A DNA stretch of 63,988 nt, counting the filler, from Octopus bimaculoides (taxonomy: Eukaryota): the NCBI RefSeq assembly GCF_001194135.2. It is 5 parts of 5 records of this genome, joined end to end, with 100 filler letters (N's around TTAATTAATTAA, not from the genome) between each part and the next. Parts side by side here need not be neighbours in the genome. Positions count along the whole stretch, not along the records: positions 24,525 to 36,767 come from NC_068995.1; positions 36,868 to 59,809 come from NC_068989.1; 3 more parts are not named here. One strand, 5' to 3'. The notes beneath the pieces are model-generated. The model did not search any database. It had not been told where the DNA came from and was given only the letters and a program-made list of their open reading frames with translations. Below, piece after piece: positions 24,903 through 37,248 of the stretch (positions are counted from its first letter, which is position 1; the number at the start of each line of letters is the position of its first letter). The translations under genes and the position numbers were made by a program.

Positions 24903-25330
24903 AGTAGTTGTATACTGTTAACTTAACGTGACGGTCCCAATAAGGGAATCATACTACTGCTATTTAGCCCTAGGATGCTGGGCCGTTTCCTATCGGCCTT
25001 GACACCTTTCCTGTGTCCTTATGTTTACGAGCGGGAGACAAGCACCTCCACCCAGCCTAACCTGCATCCAGGAACATGTTTCTGAGTTTTTGCTCGTCAT
25101 CAGCCTGAAGTCACTTGAAAAGGAAACTGAGAGTGGAGAGAGAAGTGCAGTCCTCGAGTGAATTTATTGAAAGTTGCGAAAGTGGCAACAGTGGGGTGGT
25201 ACCTCTCTGAGTGTAGACCTATGAGTCGAGAGAAGAACCTGGAGACGGCACTTGCTCTTGAGGTTCCAGGGAAATCTCGGACAGTGCGGTTCCTCGATTA
25301 TTTTTACAGGCCTTCATGTATCGAGAGGGC
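24901..25330 (-). mobile_element. GC-richer hammerhead-bearing repeat (Penelope pLTR-like or non-autonomous retroelement)
   Basis: On the minus strand: AATAAA, then a hammerhead motif, then about 165 nt ending AACTACTTG(AAT)n. Outer boundary approximate. Confidence 0.45.
25067..25109 (-). ncRNA. Minimal type I hammerhead ribozyme
   Basis: Minus strand TTCAGG-CTGATGA-C-GAG-CAAAAA-CTC-A-GAAA-CATGT-T-CCTGGA: 6-bp stem I, intact core, 3-bp stem II, palindromic ACATGT stem III, cleavage triplet GUU. Confidence 0.75.
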
Positions 25331-25544
25331 CACATCTCTATCATGCTCCCCACTACTATTTTTTCTCTAACCATTGTATGCTACGCATACGTCCCTTCTC
25401 TTTCAGTGTGTAGCGTGTATACATACATCTTTTTTATCATTTCAGTATATGTAAACCCCAACACTTTATATCTGTCTTTATACTACCCCCGTCATCCTTC
25501 GCGCTTGTGGCAAAAATAGATAAGATCATAATTACCGTTGCTAT

Positions 25545-25571
25545 TATTGTTGGTGTTGTTGTTGTTGTTGT

Positions 25572-25615
<44 letters not shown>

Positions 25616-26073
25616 CTACTACTACTACTACTACTATTACAACTANNNNNNNNNNNNNNNNNNNNNNNNNNNNNNNNNNNNNNNNNNNNNNNNNNNNNNN
25701 NNNNNNNNNNNNNNNNNNNNNNNNNNNNNNNNNNNNNNNNNNNNNNNNNNNNNNNNNNNNNNNNNNNNNNNNNNNNNNNNNNNNNNNNNNNNNNNNNNNN
25801 NNNNNNNNNNNNNNNNNNNNNNNNNNNNNNNNNNNNNNNNNNNNNNNNNNNNNNNNNNNNNNNNNNNNNNNNNNNNNNNNNNNNNNNNNNNNNNNNNNNN
25901 NNNNNNNNNNNNNNNNNNNNNNNNNNNNNNNNNNNNNNNNNNNNNNNNNNNNNNNNNNNNNNNTACTACTACTATTACAACTACTACTACTACTACTACT
26001 ATTACTACTACTACTACTGCTGCTACTACTACTTCTACTACTGCTACTACTGCTACTGCTGCTACTGCTGCCG

Positions 26074-26109
<36 letters not shown>

Positions 26110-26118
26110 TTACTACTA
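25545..26118. repeat. Compound trinucleotide microsatellite (GTT/AGT/ACT/GCT) spanning a gap
   Basis: Read directly. Confidence 0.95.
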
Positions 26119-26691
26119 ATGCAACTAGTTTTAATACCCTTAATATACCTGCTCGTATTGCATGCACTTCTGGTTTACGTCCTATTATTCTGATTTGTCT
26201 TCGTACCATTAACAATATATTTTAATTACTATGAGACTAAACGTTACTAGTTTAATACATCAGAGGGCAGACGATATTACAGCCTAAACAACTGTTTACT
26301 TTGGCTGTAACAGAATTTTCTACGACGTTCTGTTCTGCGTATTTCATCATTTCTCATCGTTATCCCGTTTTGTCCCTGCCTGTTTCCACTGTTGCTTAAA
26401 ACGATTTTATCTTCAGACTAGTTACTTCGCAGTTGTATCTCAGCAATTGTTCATAAATATAACGGTTCCCAGCGAGGAATTTATTAATTCTTCTGTCTCT
26501 CTTTCCATATTGCATAATGGTGTACGACTTTAGTAAAGTTTCATTAGTAAATAACTGCAGAAAATACACGTATATTTATGTAGACTTATATACATATATG
26601 TACACACACAAACACACGCACGGACACATACTTACACAAACACTATCATATATCGCTTAATATGAATATACATATATATATATATATACAT

Positions 26692-26724
<33 letters not shown>

Positions 26725-27363
26725 CATATATATATGCATATGCAATTATATATATATATATATATGCGAAGCGAACGTTGTTTCGGAAGTAATCGTATTG
26801 ACAGTTTAACATGTTTGGATGTAAAGATATTCAAGAAACATACGATAAAAAACAGACCCAGTTACCCCAACCTTACACACCTACACACTTATCGTATACT
26901 TACATACACCTGTTCTATATACAGACACATAAATATATACACCTATCAACATAAGCACAAAAATATACACACACACAATTATATATATATATTCATAGGC
27001 ACATGTTTGAATGGGTATTTGTCTAAATCTATGCATATGTGTGTATGTACTGGTGAGTAGCCATATACATACTCATATGTATTTTAAGCATACACCCGGC
27101 TCATACAAACACACATACACATATTATTTTTTGCCGTACATTCCTGCATATATACGCATGCAAACGCATGTCCGTGCACGTACAGAAATACATACACGGA
27201 TGTATGTATGTATATATAGAGATACATTTATACATCCATACACAATTTGTTTCGCAGAGTGTTTTTAAAAATGGAAAAAGCGATGCACATGTATACATAC
27301 ACACCCACACATATATATATATATATAAATATTTATATATATACATACATACTTATTTACATA

Positions 27364-27435
<72 letters not shown>

Positions 27436-27901
27436 TGTGCGTGTGTGTGTACATACATATACATATATGTACGTATGTATAAGCATATATTTTTCCCCTC
27501 TTAGTGTGCCCCCTTTCAAGTTTTTATTGATGTTTACACTGTTTGCTCTGCATCTAAAATTTTCCTTTCTCTCTCCCCCCATTCTCCCCCAAAACTTCAA
27601 TGCAATTGACTGCTAGAGATGTGTCTCCTTTACTTATCTTCCTATTTACACTTCATTGAACTTTCGATAATATTTGAAACCTGGTGGTTTCGTAGTGATA
27701 AGAGACTGGCATTTCATTGAAATAGTATACAAGTGATGATTTGCTAGCTGCCATATTGGGAAAAGGAGGAAGAGAGAAAGATGGAGCAAGGGAGAGAGGA
27801 AAAGAGGTGAGGGCGTGATAGAGATTGGGGTGAAGGTATGAGGAGGGAGGATAGGCTTCTGATGGAGCAGGATATGTTGAGAGTAATATGTACGTTAGTG
27901 T

Positions 27902-27941
<40 letters not shown>

Positions 27942-28216
27942 GCATACAAACCCACACACTCATATATATGAGTATACATACATATACATGTACATACATA
28001 TATACATATATGTATACATATATTTATATACGTATACATAGATTTATATAGTACAAATACACACACACACATACATATATATATGAACGTATGTATAATC
28101 ATACATATACATATACACAGATGTATAGTGACTTATATATATATGGTGTATGTCTGTGTGTCTTATGTACAGGTATACTTGCGTACATGGAAATATATGT
28201 GAATATACCTATACAC

Positions 28217-28247
<31 letters not shown>

Positions 28248-28385
28248 NNNNNNNNNNNNNNNNNNNNNNNNNNNNNNNNNNNNNNNNNNNNNNNNNNNNN
28301 NNNNNNNNNNNTATATATACATACATGTAAATTTATATATATTATATATGTAATTATGGCTATATGTATGTATGTATGTATGTAG

Positions 28386-28436
<51 letters not shown>

Positions 28437-28948
28437 GAAAGAGAGAGAGATTTACCATGTGATTCAAGGTGTGAGAAAATTATAAATCAAATGTTAAGGA
28501 TGGAGAATAAAAGAGAAGAGATATGAAAGATCAGGATGTGAATGAAAGCAGTAAACGGATGGAAATTTGTTGCATTAATTAATATGTATCTATTTATCTA
28601 AACATATCATTCGATGTTCGTAAGGTTAATGGCATCGCAGATTGGCTCTGAAAGTATGTATGTTTGTGTGCATTTATGCCAAGATGTGAGAGGAATTTAT
28701 ATTTTGTGTGTGCTATTAACGAAGCATGAGTAAGATAGAATGTAGTTGAAAGAGAGAGTTAAACGGTTTGAAAGAGGTGTGGTGTATCTGTTTGCGTGTG
28801 CGTATATGCGTGTGTGTGTGTGTTGCCTCGTTTGTTTGTGTACGTTCAAGATATAAATTATCTCCGAGGTAACTTCGATATACAGAATCATAAGGCTAAT
28901 GATGTGTTAAAGGTGGCCTGCTCACAACGACCGTCCAATATTCTACAG

Positions 28949-28984
<36 letters not shown>

Positions 28985-29017
28985 ACATACACACACAGGC
29001 ACACACACACAAATGTG

Positions 29018-29051
<34 letters not shown>

Positions 29052-29623
29052 NNNNNNNNNNNNNNNNNNNNNNNNNNNNNNNNNNNNNNNNNNNNNNNNN
29101 NNNNNNNNNNNNNNNNNNNNNNNNNNNNNNNNNNNNNNNNNNNNNNNNNNNNNNNNNNNNNNNNNNNNNNNNNNNNNNNNNNNNNNNNNNNNNNNNNNNN
29201 NNNNNNNNNNNNNNNNNNNNNNNNNNNNNNNNNNNNNNNNNNNNNNNNNNNNNNNNNNNNNNNNNNNNNNNNNNNNNNNNNNNNNNNNNNNNNNNNNNNN
29301 NNNNNNNNNNNNNNNNNNNNNNNNNNNNNNNNNNNNNNNNNNNNNNNNNNNNNNNNNNNNNNNNNNNNNNNNNNNNNNNNNNNNNNNNNNNNNNNNNNNN
29401 NNNNNNNNNNNNNNNNNNNNNNNNNNNNNNNNNNNNNNNNNNNNNNNNNNNNNNNNNNNNNNNNNNNNNNNNNNNNNNNNNNNNNNNNNNNNNNNNNNNN
29501 NNNNNNNNNNNNNNNNNNNNNNNNNNNNNNNNNNNNNNNNNNNNNNNNNNNNNNNNNNNNNNNNNNNNNNNNNNNNNNNNNNNNNNNNNNNNNNNNNNNN
29601 NNNNNNNNNNNNNNNNNNNNNNN

Positions 29624-29666
<43 letters not shown>

Positions 29667-29669
29667 ATA

Positions 29670-30000
29670 TATCGGTTGCAACGAGTAGTTTTTGTGCTAG
29701 GCGTGTCCACCAGCGAGGCGGTAGATGTTTCGCTCAGTTATTCGTTTGAGCAATCTGCTGTTGCCGTTTTGATGTAAGTGTGTCGTGATAGAATACTTGA
29801 GATTTCCTTACACGCCAGGCGGAAGGCATTTGTACGAGTATGTAATAAAAGGAGCCAGCAGCCACTGACCGTCTCCACGAAACGACGTCGCTGCACAAAC
29901 TACAAATTGCTAGGCTGCACTGATCTAATCCAACGGCGTTGTGCAGTGTTCAAATGAGTCGCAATCCGCCTCCGCCGTCGCTGTTGTTGTGTAGCCACCA
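29670..30000 (+). promoter_or_regulatory. CpG-rich unique segment with a candidate first-exon donor at 29773|GTAAGT
   Basis: Many CG dinucleotides, no recognised repeat, GAT|GTAAGT. Confidence 0.35.
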
Positions 30001-30070
30001 GACACATATTAATTATTCGGAAGTAACAATATTATCCGTATTCATGTCTAAGAATCTTTTATTTCTACAG

Positions 30071-30395
30071 TCGCTTCTGATACTCTCATCTAACGTTGTT
30101 CAGAGACTCTAAGACCCCAAACATCATTTTAGTTTATCTCCTAAAGGCTGCAGATAAATTGGGGGATAACCTGAAGGTTTATCGGTATGATATTTGACTA
30201 TATTCAAATAATCAAAATATTTGTTCATAGCTACTACATCATCATTTTACATATTCACGTTTGAGATATGTGCACCTTTCGTGTGTAACACGATGCATCT
30301 AACTCATATGTAGAACGGGCATCACTGTCTCGTATTCAACCCCCAAAATCTCTCATGTGCTGTACCGTATTGTACAATCTGATACACCGCTACAG
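30071..30395 (+). CDS. Candidate exon; possible start ATG at 30355 (MCCTVLYNLIHRY, phase 2)
   Basis: Acceptor TCTTTTATTTCTACAG| and donor CAG|GTAAGG; several upstream ATGs weaken the case. Confidence 0.3.
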
Positions 30396-31942
30396 GTAAG
30401 GTACATGAGTGGATGACGTTGAGATCGTGCAGCAGGTGGGCACAGGAGCTGTGGCCAAGACAAACGTGTTTCAAGAAGTCAAATATATATATATATACAT
30501 GTGTATATATATACATATATATATATATATATANNNNNNNNNNNNNNNNNNNNNNNNNNNNNNNNNNNNNNNNNNNNNNNNNNNNNNNNNNNNNNNNNNN
30601 NNNNNNNNNNNNNNNNNNNNNNNNNNNNNNNNNNNNNNNNNNNNNNNNNNNNNNNNNNNNNNNNNNNNNNNNNNNNNNNNNNCATATAAATTGATAGAAA
30701 AAACAACAAAAGAAAGAAAGATACCTCGATATTAGGTAAATAGAGGAATTTATCTGTAAAAATATGTGACGCTTATTCGGTAGCCATGATAAAACTCCGA
30801 GTTTCGGATGCGGGGGCGGAAACCCACGCCGCCATCTCTATGAAAATGACCGTTAAACAAAGGGAAATTACTGTGTCATTGACCGTTATTAAGACAAAAG
30901 AGCAATGGATTGCTAAGTAAGGGGAGGGAGTACAAGTAAGGGAGTAAAAAAAGTTCATAGTATTTGCGTAAGCGCATCAATCCGTACATGCGCCTATATT
31001 TATATACTCAACCACCCTGTGAATGTCTATGTGAATTTGTGTGTTGCATGTGAGAATGTCCAGGTGGATATATCCGCGTGTATGTGAATGCGAATCAGTG
31101 AATTAAAATGTTCATATACATGCAAGTCTATCATATTTATACACATGTTTTGTAACACTACAGTTGTGACATACACACGCGGTCACACTCACTCACAAAC
31201 AACCATTTCATTCGAAACTGATTCTAGAAAATAAATTTTATTCACTGTATTTAAGGTTTCAAATGATCAACATAATATCTTTTGTTAATTATTTAATCTG
31301 ATCGACAAACAAATTACAGTATGTAAATTACTTCTCACGTGACGTCAATAATCTCTTTTGTGTTTGATATAAAAACCGATTAATTTAAGTTACTTTCAGT
31401 GTCAAAAGAATGAGGTGTTACTTCTTCGTGTTATCAGAAAAGTGTGACACCTTAGACGGTAATCATTTTAAATTTTGTTTATGAGAAGCGAACAACTATG
31501 TGTATTTACATGTCTTTAAAGCTGGTATTTAATTACTTAATTATGCATTTCGAATTCAGAATAGGTTATGTATACATATTTATAATCATTCAGTCATAAT
31601 GACAGTGAAGGCTTACCAGCTACGATGTTTCAGATTTAGCTCCACTACGCAGCACTTGAGACATATGTCTCTTACTATATCAGTCGAATACTATGGCAGT
31701 GTATTCGGTAGACGGAACATAGGTAGAAGATTGCTTTATATACACATAATTATATTGTATATCATTATATATATATATATATATATATATAGATAGAGAG
31801 TTGTAGATAAACTGTTATATATATGCACATATATAGGTACATATATCCACGTATATATACACATGTGTGAATGTTTATACATATATACATATATATACGC
31901 ATATATGTGTATGTGCAACGGCGTGTGTGCTTGCATGTGTCT

Positions 31943-31973
<31 letters not shown>

Positions 31974-32424
31974 CGCGCATGCGAGTGTCTGACTGTGTGC
32001 CTTTACTTCTGTTCCATATGACTGAACGAAAATAGTCTTCACTGGTTCAATGTATTCAAAATCAGTCAGGGAGAATATTTTTTTGTTCTTCAAGCACAAA
32101 ATGCATGAAGGTGATTACAACAGAATTTAGCAGCATCTATTCTGATTAATTCTCCAAATTACACACTAATTAGCGAGCTTTCTCGGAAATGATTGTAACA
32201 CGAAAATCTCAATTGATACAAATATATGTTTCATTGTATATAATTATATATTATATATGCATAAGTATATACATGAGAAAACGCGGTGGTTTGCGTTTGT
32301 GTCTATATGTATTAATATGTTTCATATTTTGCTAACTCAATTCGAATATTCTGGAGCCCAATTATCGCCATAAATCATATTTTCTTTGTATGTATGCTCA
32401 TTTATATATATGTATATACATACA

Positions 32425-32455
<31 letters not shown>

Positions 32456-32530
32456 CATATCTGTTGTAAGCACAAGTAGGTGACATTTTTAATCAGCAAT
32501 ATACAACACATCTCTCTCTCTGTCTTTCTT

Positions 32531-32562
<32 letters not shown>

Positions 32563-33472
32563 CCACACACACACACACGCACGCACACACACCCACACAC
32601 ACGCTCCCCCCCATATATATATATATCTTTTCACACATATATACTTATATATATTTATTTACACATATAGATTTATACTTATATACATGTGTGTGTTTGT
32701 ATGTGTGTGTGTGCGGGAGAGAGTATCAGTGTGAATGGGTTTGGATACGCAGTGATACAAGAATACATAACTTCAGCCTCTTCCTGATAATAATGCTCAA
32801 ATCATGTCACCTGTAGAACACCATTTTTGATGTTGACGGAGAAGGTATTCTAACTAGTGTACGTAACTGTAATTAATAATTAACATGTTGTTATATAACT
32901 CTAATAATCACCAGAGTACAGTTATATGTCAATATTTCCATACGAATAAATCGTGTATTCAAATCCAAAGTTTTCGGGTGCAAAATCTCGCATGAAATAA
33001 TCAGATGAATATACGCATATTAAGGATTTTATTTGTGTGATAAAATTGACATTTATACATCTGCGACCTTCAGGCGAATGTGTGTATGTGTGTGTTTGTG
33101 TGTGATTGTGTATATATATATATATATNNNNNNNNNNNNNNNNNNNNNNNNNNNNNNNNNNNNNNNNNNNNNNNNNNNNNNNNNNNNNNNNNNNNNNNNN
33201 NNNNNNNNNNNNNNNNNNNNNNNNNNNNNNNNNNNNNNNNNNNNNNNNNNNNNNNNNNNNNNNNNNNNNNNNNNNNNNNNNNNNNNNNNNNNNNNNNNNN
33301 NNNNNNNNNNNNNNNNNNNNNNNNNNNNNNNNNNNNNNNTATATATATATATATATATATGCATGTATGTATGTATATCTAAATTATAATTGAGAAAGAT
33401 GCTTATTAATTATGTAACAATTACTAAAAGTACTAAAAGGAACCATACAGTTCTATATTTAAGAGATGAGGA

Positions 33473-33559
33473 ATTATTTACATTACTTACATTTGACGGA
33501 TATTTGTCCTCATCTTGTATGAGGACAAATATCCCTCAAATGTAAATAACGTAAATAAT
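33473..33559. repeat. Near-perfect 41-bp inverted repeat with a 5-nt loop
   Basis: ATTATTTACATTACTTACATTTGACGGATATTTGTCCTCAT-CTTGT-ATGAGGACAAATATCCCTCAAATGTAAATAACGTAAATAAT. Confidence 0.9.
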
Positions 33560-33636
33560 GTAAAAGGAACCAATTATTAAAGGGTTGACCGTCTGGATAT
33601 ATTTTGACCGTCTGAATATACTGAAGGTTGACCATC

Positions 33637-33698
33637 TGGAAATACTGAAGACAACAACAAACTATGACGTGTCAAAACTGCGAGTTAGTTAATTACCA
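33637..33698 (+). ncRNA. Degenerate hammerhead-like motif
   Basis: TGGAAATA-CTGAAGA-...GTGTC-AAAACT-GCG-AGT-T..AATTACCA; GAAA reads AAAA (possible CG to CA decay); stem II imperfect. Confidence 0.35.
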
Positions 33699-34267
33699 TA
33701 TAATGATGTTGCGCCATCACTATTTGTGCGTAAATCTACGGTCAATATGGTACTATTTATAGATAATTCATATTAAACCTAGGTGCACTAAAGTTGTAAT
33801 TACTATTAAGATAATATGTTTTATCTCAAATTTAGTTTTATAAATTATTATAAGAATTTCAAACAATATATTTATGAGAAACGTACTTAATTGAATCTAT
33901 ATTAAAATACAAATACATTTCCACGTGTAGAAGACGTAATGTCTATCTACACCATTTAATTAAAATATTATATTATATTATATCATATATTATATTATAT
34001 TATATTATATTATATTATATTTATTCCATCAATATCACAACTACTAACAAATTTTTTAAGCTTATCATCAATGTTGATTATATATTTAATAGTAGTTTTT
34101 AAGAGTCTATTTACATGCGTGAACCCATGAAAAGCTAGTCTCTATTTTAGCATTTAAGAGACGTCTTCTAGAATATAAGATCCAAAATTATTCGTCTAGA
34201 CAGAGAAAGCAAAACGAGTTTCCATGCTTAAAAGCAGTTGCCTTGCTTATAATTTCCCACTCGACAG

Positions 34268-34345
34268 GAAAAGGTTTTTCTCGTCTTTCAAGTCCCACAT
34301 AAATTTAGTGAGGCTGGTAGAAGACCTGTACCTATCATTAAAGGT
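34268..34345 (+). CDS. Candidate 78-nt exon
   Basis: TTTCCCACTCGACAG|...AAAGGT|GTAAGT; open in phase 2 (RKRFFSSFKSHINLVRLVEDLYLSLK) and in phase 0. Confidence 0.25.
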
Positions 34346-35366
34346 GTAAGTATGTTTAGAGACGTGTTTCTCAACAAACTTTTACGTAGCCTCTATGTAG
34401 AAGAAACTTTTTAGCCTCAGATATGACCTTACACTTGTAAACACCAATGTAACCCCACTCTCTTTCTACCCATCTTTCTCTCTCACTCTCTTTAATCTCG
34501 ATCTCATTATAACATCGTCTTCGCCCTAACTACCACGCCACCACCAATCAAAACCATGATGTTTTATATATACACGTACACAAATATATCAAACGTGTTT
34601 GTTTCTATGTATCTTTATGAAAATAATGGGTTTTTAAAAAAAAACAACACATACATCTGAGTCTGTCGCAGGTCTAACAACACTTTGAATTGTAACTCTC
34701 TTTTGAAAAATTCTTCCCTGGTGAAATACACAGTTAACAAGTTTCAGCATGAAAATTTAATTTAATTTAATTTAATTTCTGTAGTTAAACAAATTGGATA
34801 TGGAAACAGCTGTAGGACTGGATTTCCTTATATGGATTTGACTGATGACTGCATGTCAATTTCTCCATTTTCTTATTTTCTTCATTCACATATATATAGA
34901 AACACACACATATATATGTATATATATACGTATGTATGTATATATGTATGTAAGTATGTATATATGTACGTATGAAGATGTTTTCAGTTCTAGTTACCCT
35001 GTTTGTACTAACAGAACATATAAATATATAATGTAAAAATGTTGACATTAACTTTTTTAGAAAACATTTTTAAAGAACTTTAAAAAATCGTCGATTTCTT
35101 TTGAATTCAACGGAAATTATTATTCTTTTGGCGTAAGAACATTACAATCTTCAGCCAAGAATTTCAACGTGGGTAAGGAATGTGGAGAAGTTTGTTAATG
35201 AAATCCATTCTAATCAAGACTGGAGGCATCTTTTTGTGATTTGGTACAGATTAACGGTTGTATTGCTCAAGGTGTGACTGGTAAAACAACATGAAGTGTT
35301 AATCTTATCAAGGTCATACATCAAGGAATTTTATCTTGATACGTGGTATTATTGTTATAATCACCA

Positions 35367-35468
35367 TTCTTCTTCTTCTTCTTCTTCTTCTTCTTCTTCT
35401 TCTTCTTCTTCTTCTTCTTCTTCTTCTTCTTCTTCTTCTTCTTCTTCTTCTTCTTCTTCTTCTTCTTC
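35367..35468. repeat. Pure (TTC)34 microsatellite
   Basis: Counted directly. Confidence 0.97.
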
Positions 35469-35659
35469 TGTATTATTAATGTTATACTTCTTTGTATTAA
35501 TGTCATTATTGTTGTAATTAATTCTTATCTTGCGATGTGGATATGTATAATATTTAGCGTCATAACTCGCAGACACTTTGACGTCGTCTCACGCATACAC
35601 ATTATATATATATAAATACATACATACATACATACATATTTATATACATACATAAACAG

Positions 35660-35835
35660 TCTGGTAAGACGTTTGCTTCGCAAACACTTGGTTCCGAGTT
35701 CAGTCACACTACCTGGCACCTTAGCAGGAAAGTATTTTCTACTATAGCCTCGGGCCGACCAAAGCCTTGTGAGTGGATTTGGTAGACGGAAACTGAAAGA
35801 AGCCCGTCGTATATATGTATATATATATATGTATG
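35660..35835 (+). mobile_element. SINE S1 5' half, running into (TA)n and a gap
   Basis: CTATAGCCTCGGGCCGACCAAAGCCTTGTGAGTGGATTTGGTAGACGGAAACTGAAAGAAGCCCGTCG. Confidence 0.85.
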
Positions 35836-36013
35836 NNNNNNNNNNNNNNNNNNNNNNNNNNNNNNNNNNNNNNNNNNNNNNNNNNNNNNNNNNNNNNNNN
35901 NNNNNNNNNNNNNNNNNNNNNNNNNNNNTTTACGAAAGAAACAACAACAGACGAGGACAGGTGGTGTAAACAACAAAAGGATGTATTAGTTTAACGCTCG
36001 GGAATAGAGAAAG

Positions 36014-36050
36014 TCTTTAACGTTTCGAGCTATGCTCTTCAACAGAAAGA
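36014..36050 (-). ncRNA. Minimal hammerhead-like motif with a core substitution, in a probable Penelope pLTR remnant (35929-36080)
   Basis: Minus strand TCTTT-CTGTTGA-A-GAGC-ATA-GCTC-GAAACGT-T-AAAGA: perfect stems I and II, palindromic ACGT stem III, A6 replaced by U. Confidence 0.55.
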
Positions 36051-36767
36051 ATAAGGAGAAAACAAGGAGAAAAACACGGAGAAAAAAATTGAATGTTCTG
36101 GACAGCGATAAATTGTACTATTTTATAGATATTGTTATCAATTAACAATACTCGTAGATAGGCTAGAATCGAAGGTAGGGATCATATGAAGTGTCTTGCT
36201 CAAGATTATAACGCATCACCCAACCGAACCACGGGAGTCGAAACATTGGTCTTTGCATCTGTGTGTGCGATTCTGTTACCGCCTGACCGCTCGCAAACCC
36301 ACTCAGCCAAATGGAAAAGAACCAGCCGGACAGTATTAATTATCATTCGCCTTAATTAGATCCTATCGTTTGTGGTGTATGTTGGTGTTAGCGGGGACTG
36401 TGGGGCGGCTATGGATATAGCAGTACGCTTCACCGGCAACGAAACAACAAACAGAAAAAAAAACCCACAAAGAACAAAAGAGCGAAACAACAAAACAATA
36501 AACGATTCCAGGGGGGTAAAAATAAATTAATTTAAACGGTATCAAATACAACTTCAAAATAAATATACATAATTTTTAACGGTTTAAATTTCAATGAAAT
36601 ATGGGTGATTAATGGAAATTTGGAGAAAAATAATTTTTTTTTTTTTTGTTTTATTCTGTTAAAGAAAAAAAATCGGTAATATTTTTCTGCCTTTCATATC
36701 GATGTAACATTTAAATGATCAAATACCGATTTTGTTATGCGCTATGGTATTGATATTTTAAGAGTAT

Positions 36768-36867
36768 NNNNNNNNNNNNNNNNNNNNNNNNNNNNNNNNN
36801 NNNNNNNNNNNTTAATTAATTAANNNNNNNNNNNNNNNNNNNNNNNNNNNNNNNNNNNNNNNNNNNN
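36768..36867. other. Artificial scaffold linker
   Basis: TTAATTAATTAA at 36812-36823 within N. Confidence 0.95.
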
Positions 36868-37020
36868 ACCACATGGTTCTAGGTTCTTTATGAGTAGCTT
36901 TGGTAGACGAAAACTGAAAGAAATCCGTCTTAAGTTTTCTTATTTTAACAGCGGTGCACCAGCATGGCCGTAGTTTTCGTGCTAAAACTAGTAAAATTAA
37001 AATTAAAAAATTACGATTGT

Positions 37021-37248
37021 ATGGTGTAGACTACGACTGTATCAGAATTTAATGTGAAAAATAAAAAATGTTTAAATGGTAAGTGCGCACACTTACATAC
37101 CGACACACATCACAAATATATCCTCAAAATAAAACTTGAAATAGTGAAAAAAATTACGTGATGTGTGTCAGTATATATTTGTACGCGTCCATAAGTTTTA
37201 ATTTTTTTTTTTACATTAAATTCTGATATAATTGTAAACTACACTATC
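37021..37248. repeat. Imperfect nested palindrome (MITE-like)
   Basis: Outer arms GTGTAG..TATCAGAATTTAATGT and ACATTAAATTCTGATA..CTACAC; inner arms ACCGACACACATCAC and GTGATGTGTGTCAGT. Confidence 0.75.

Noticed and set aside
25280-25300. CGGTTCCTCG as an HDV-like ribozyme L3 loop
   Set aside because: No P3 closure or P1/P2 pairing found.
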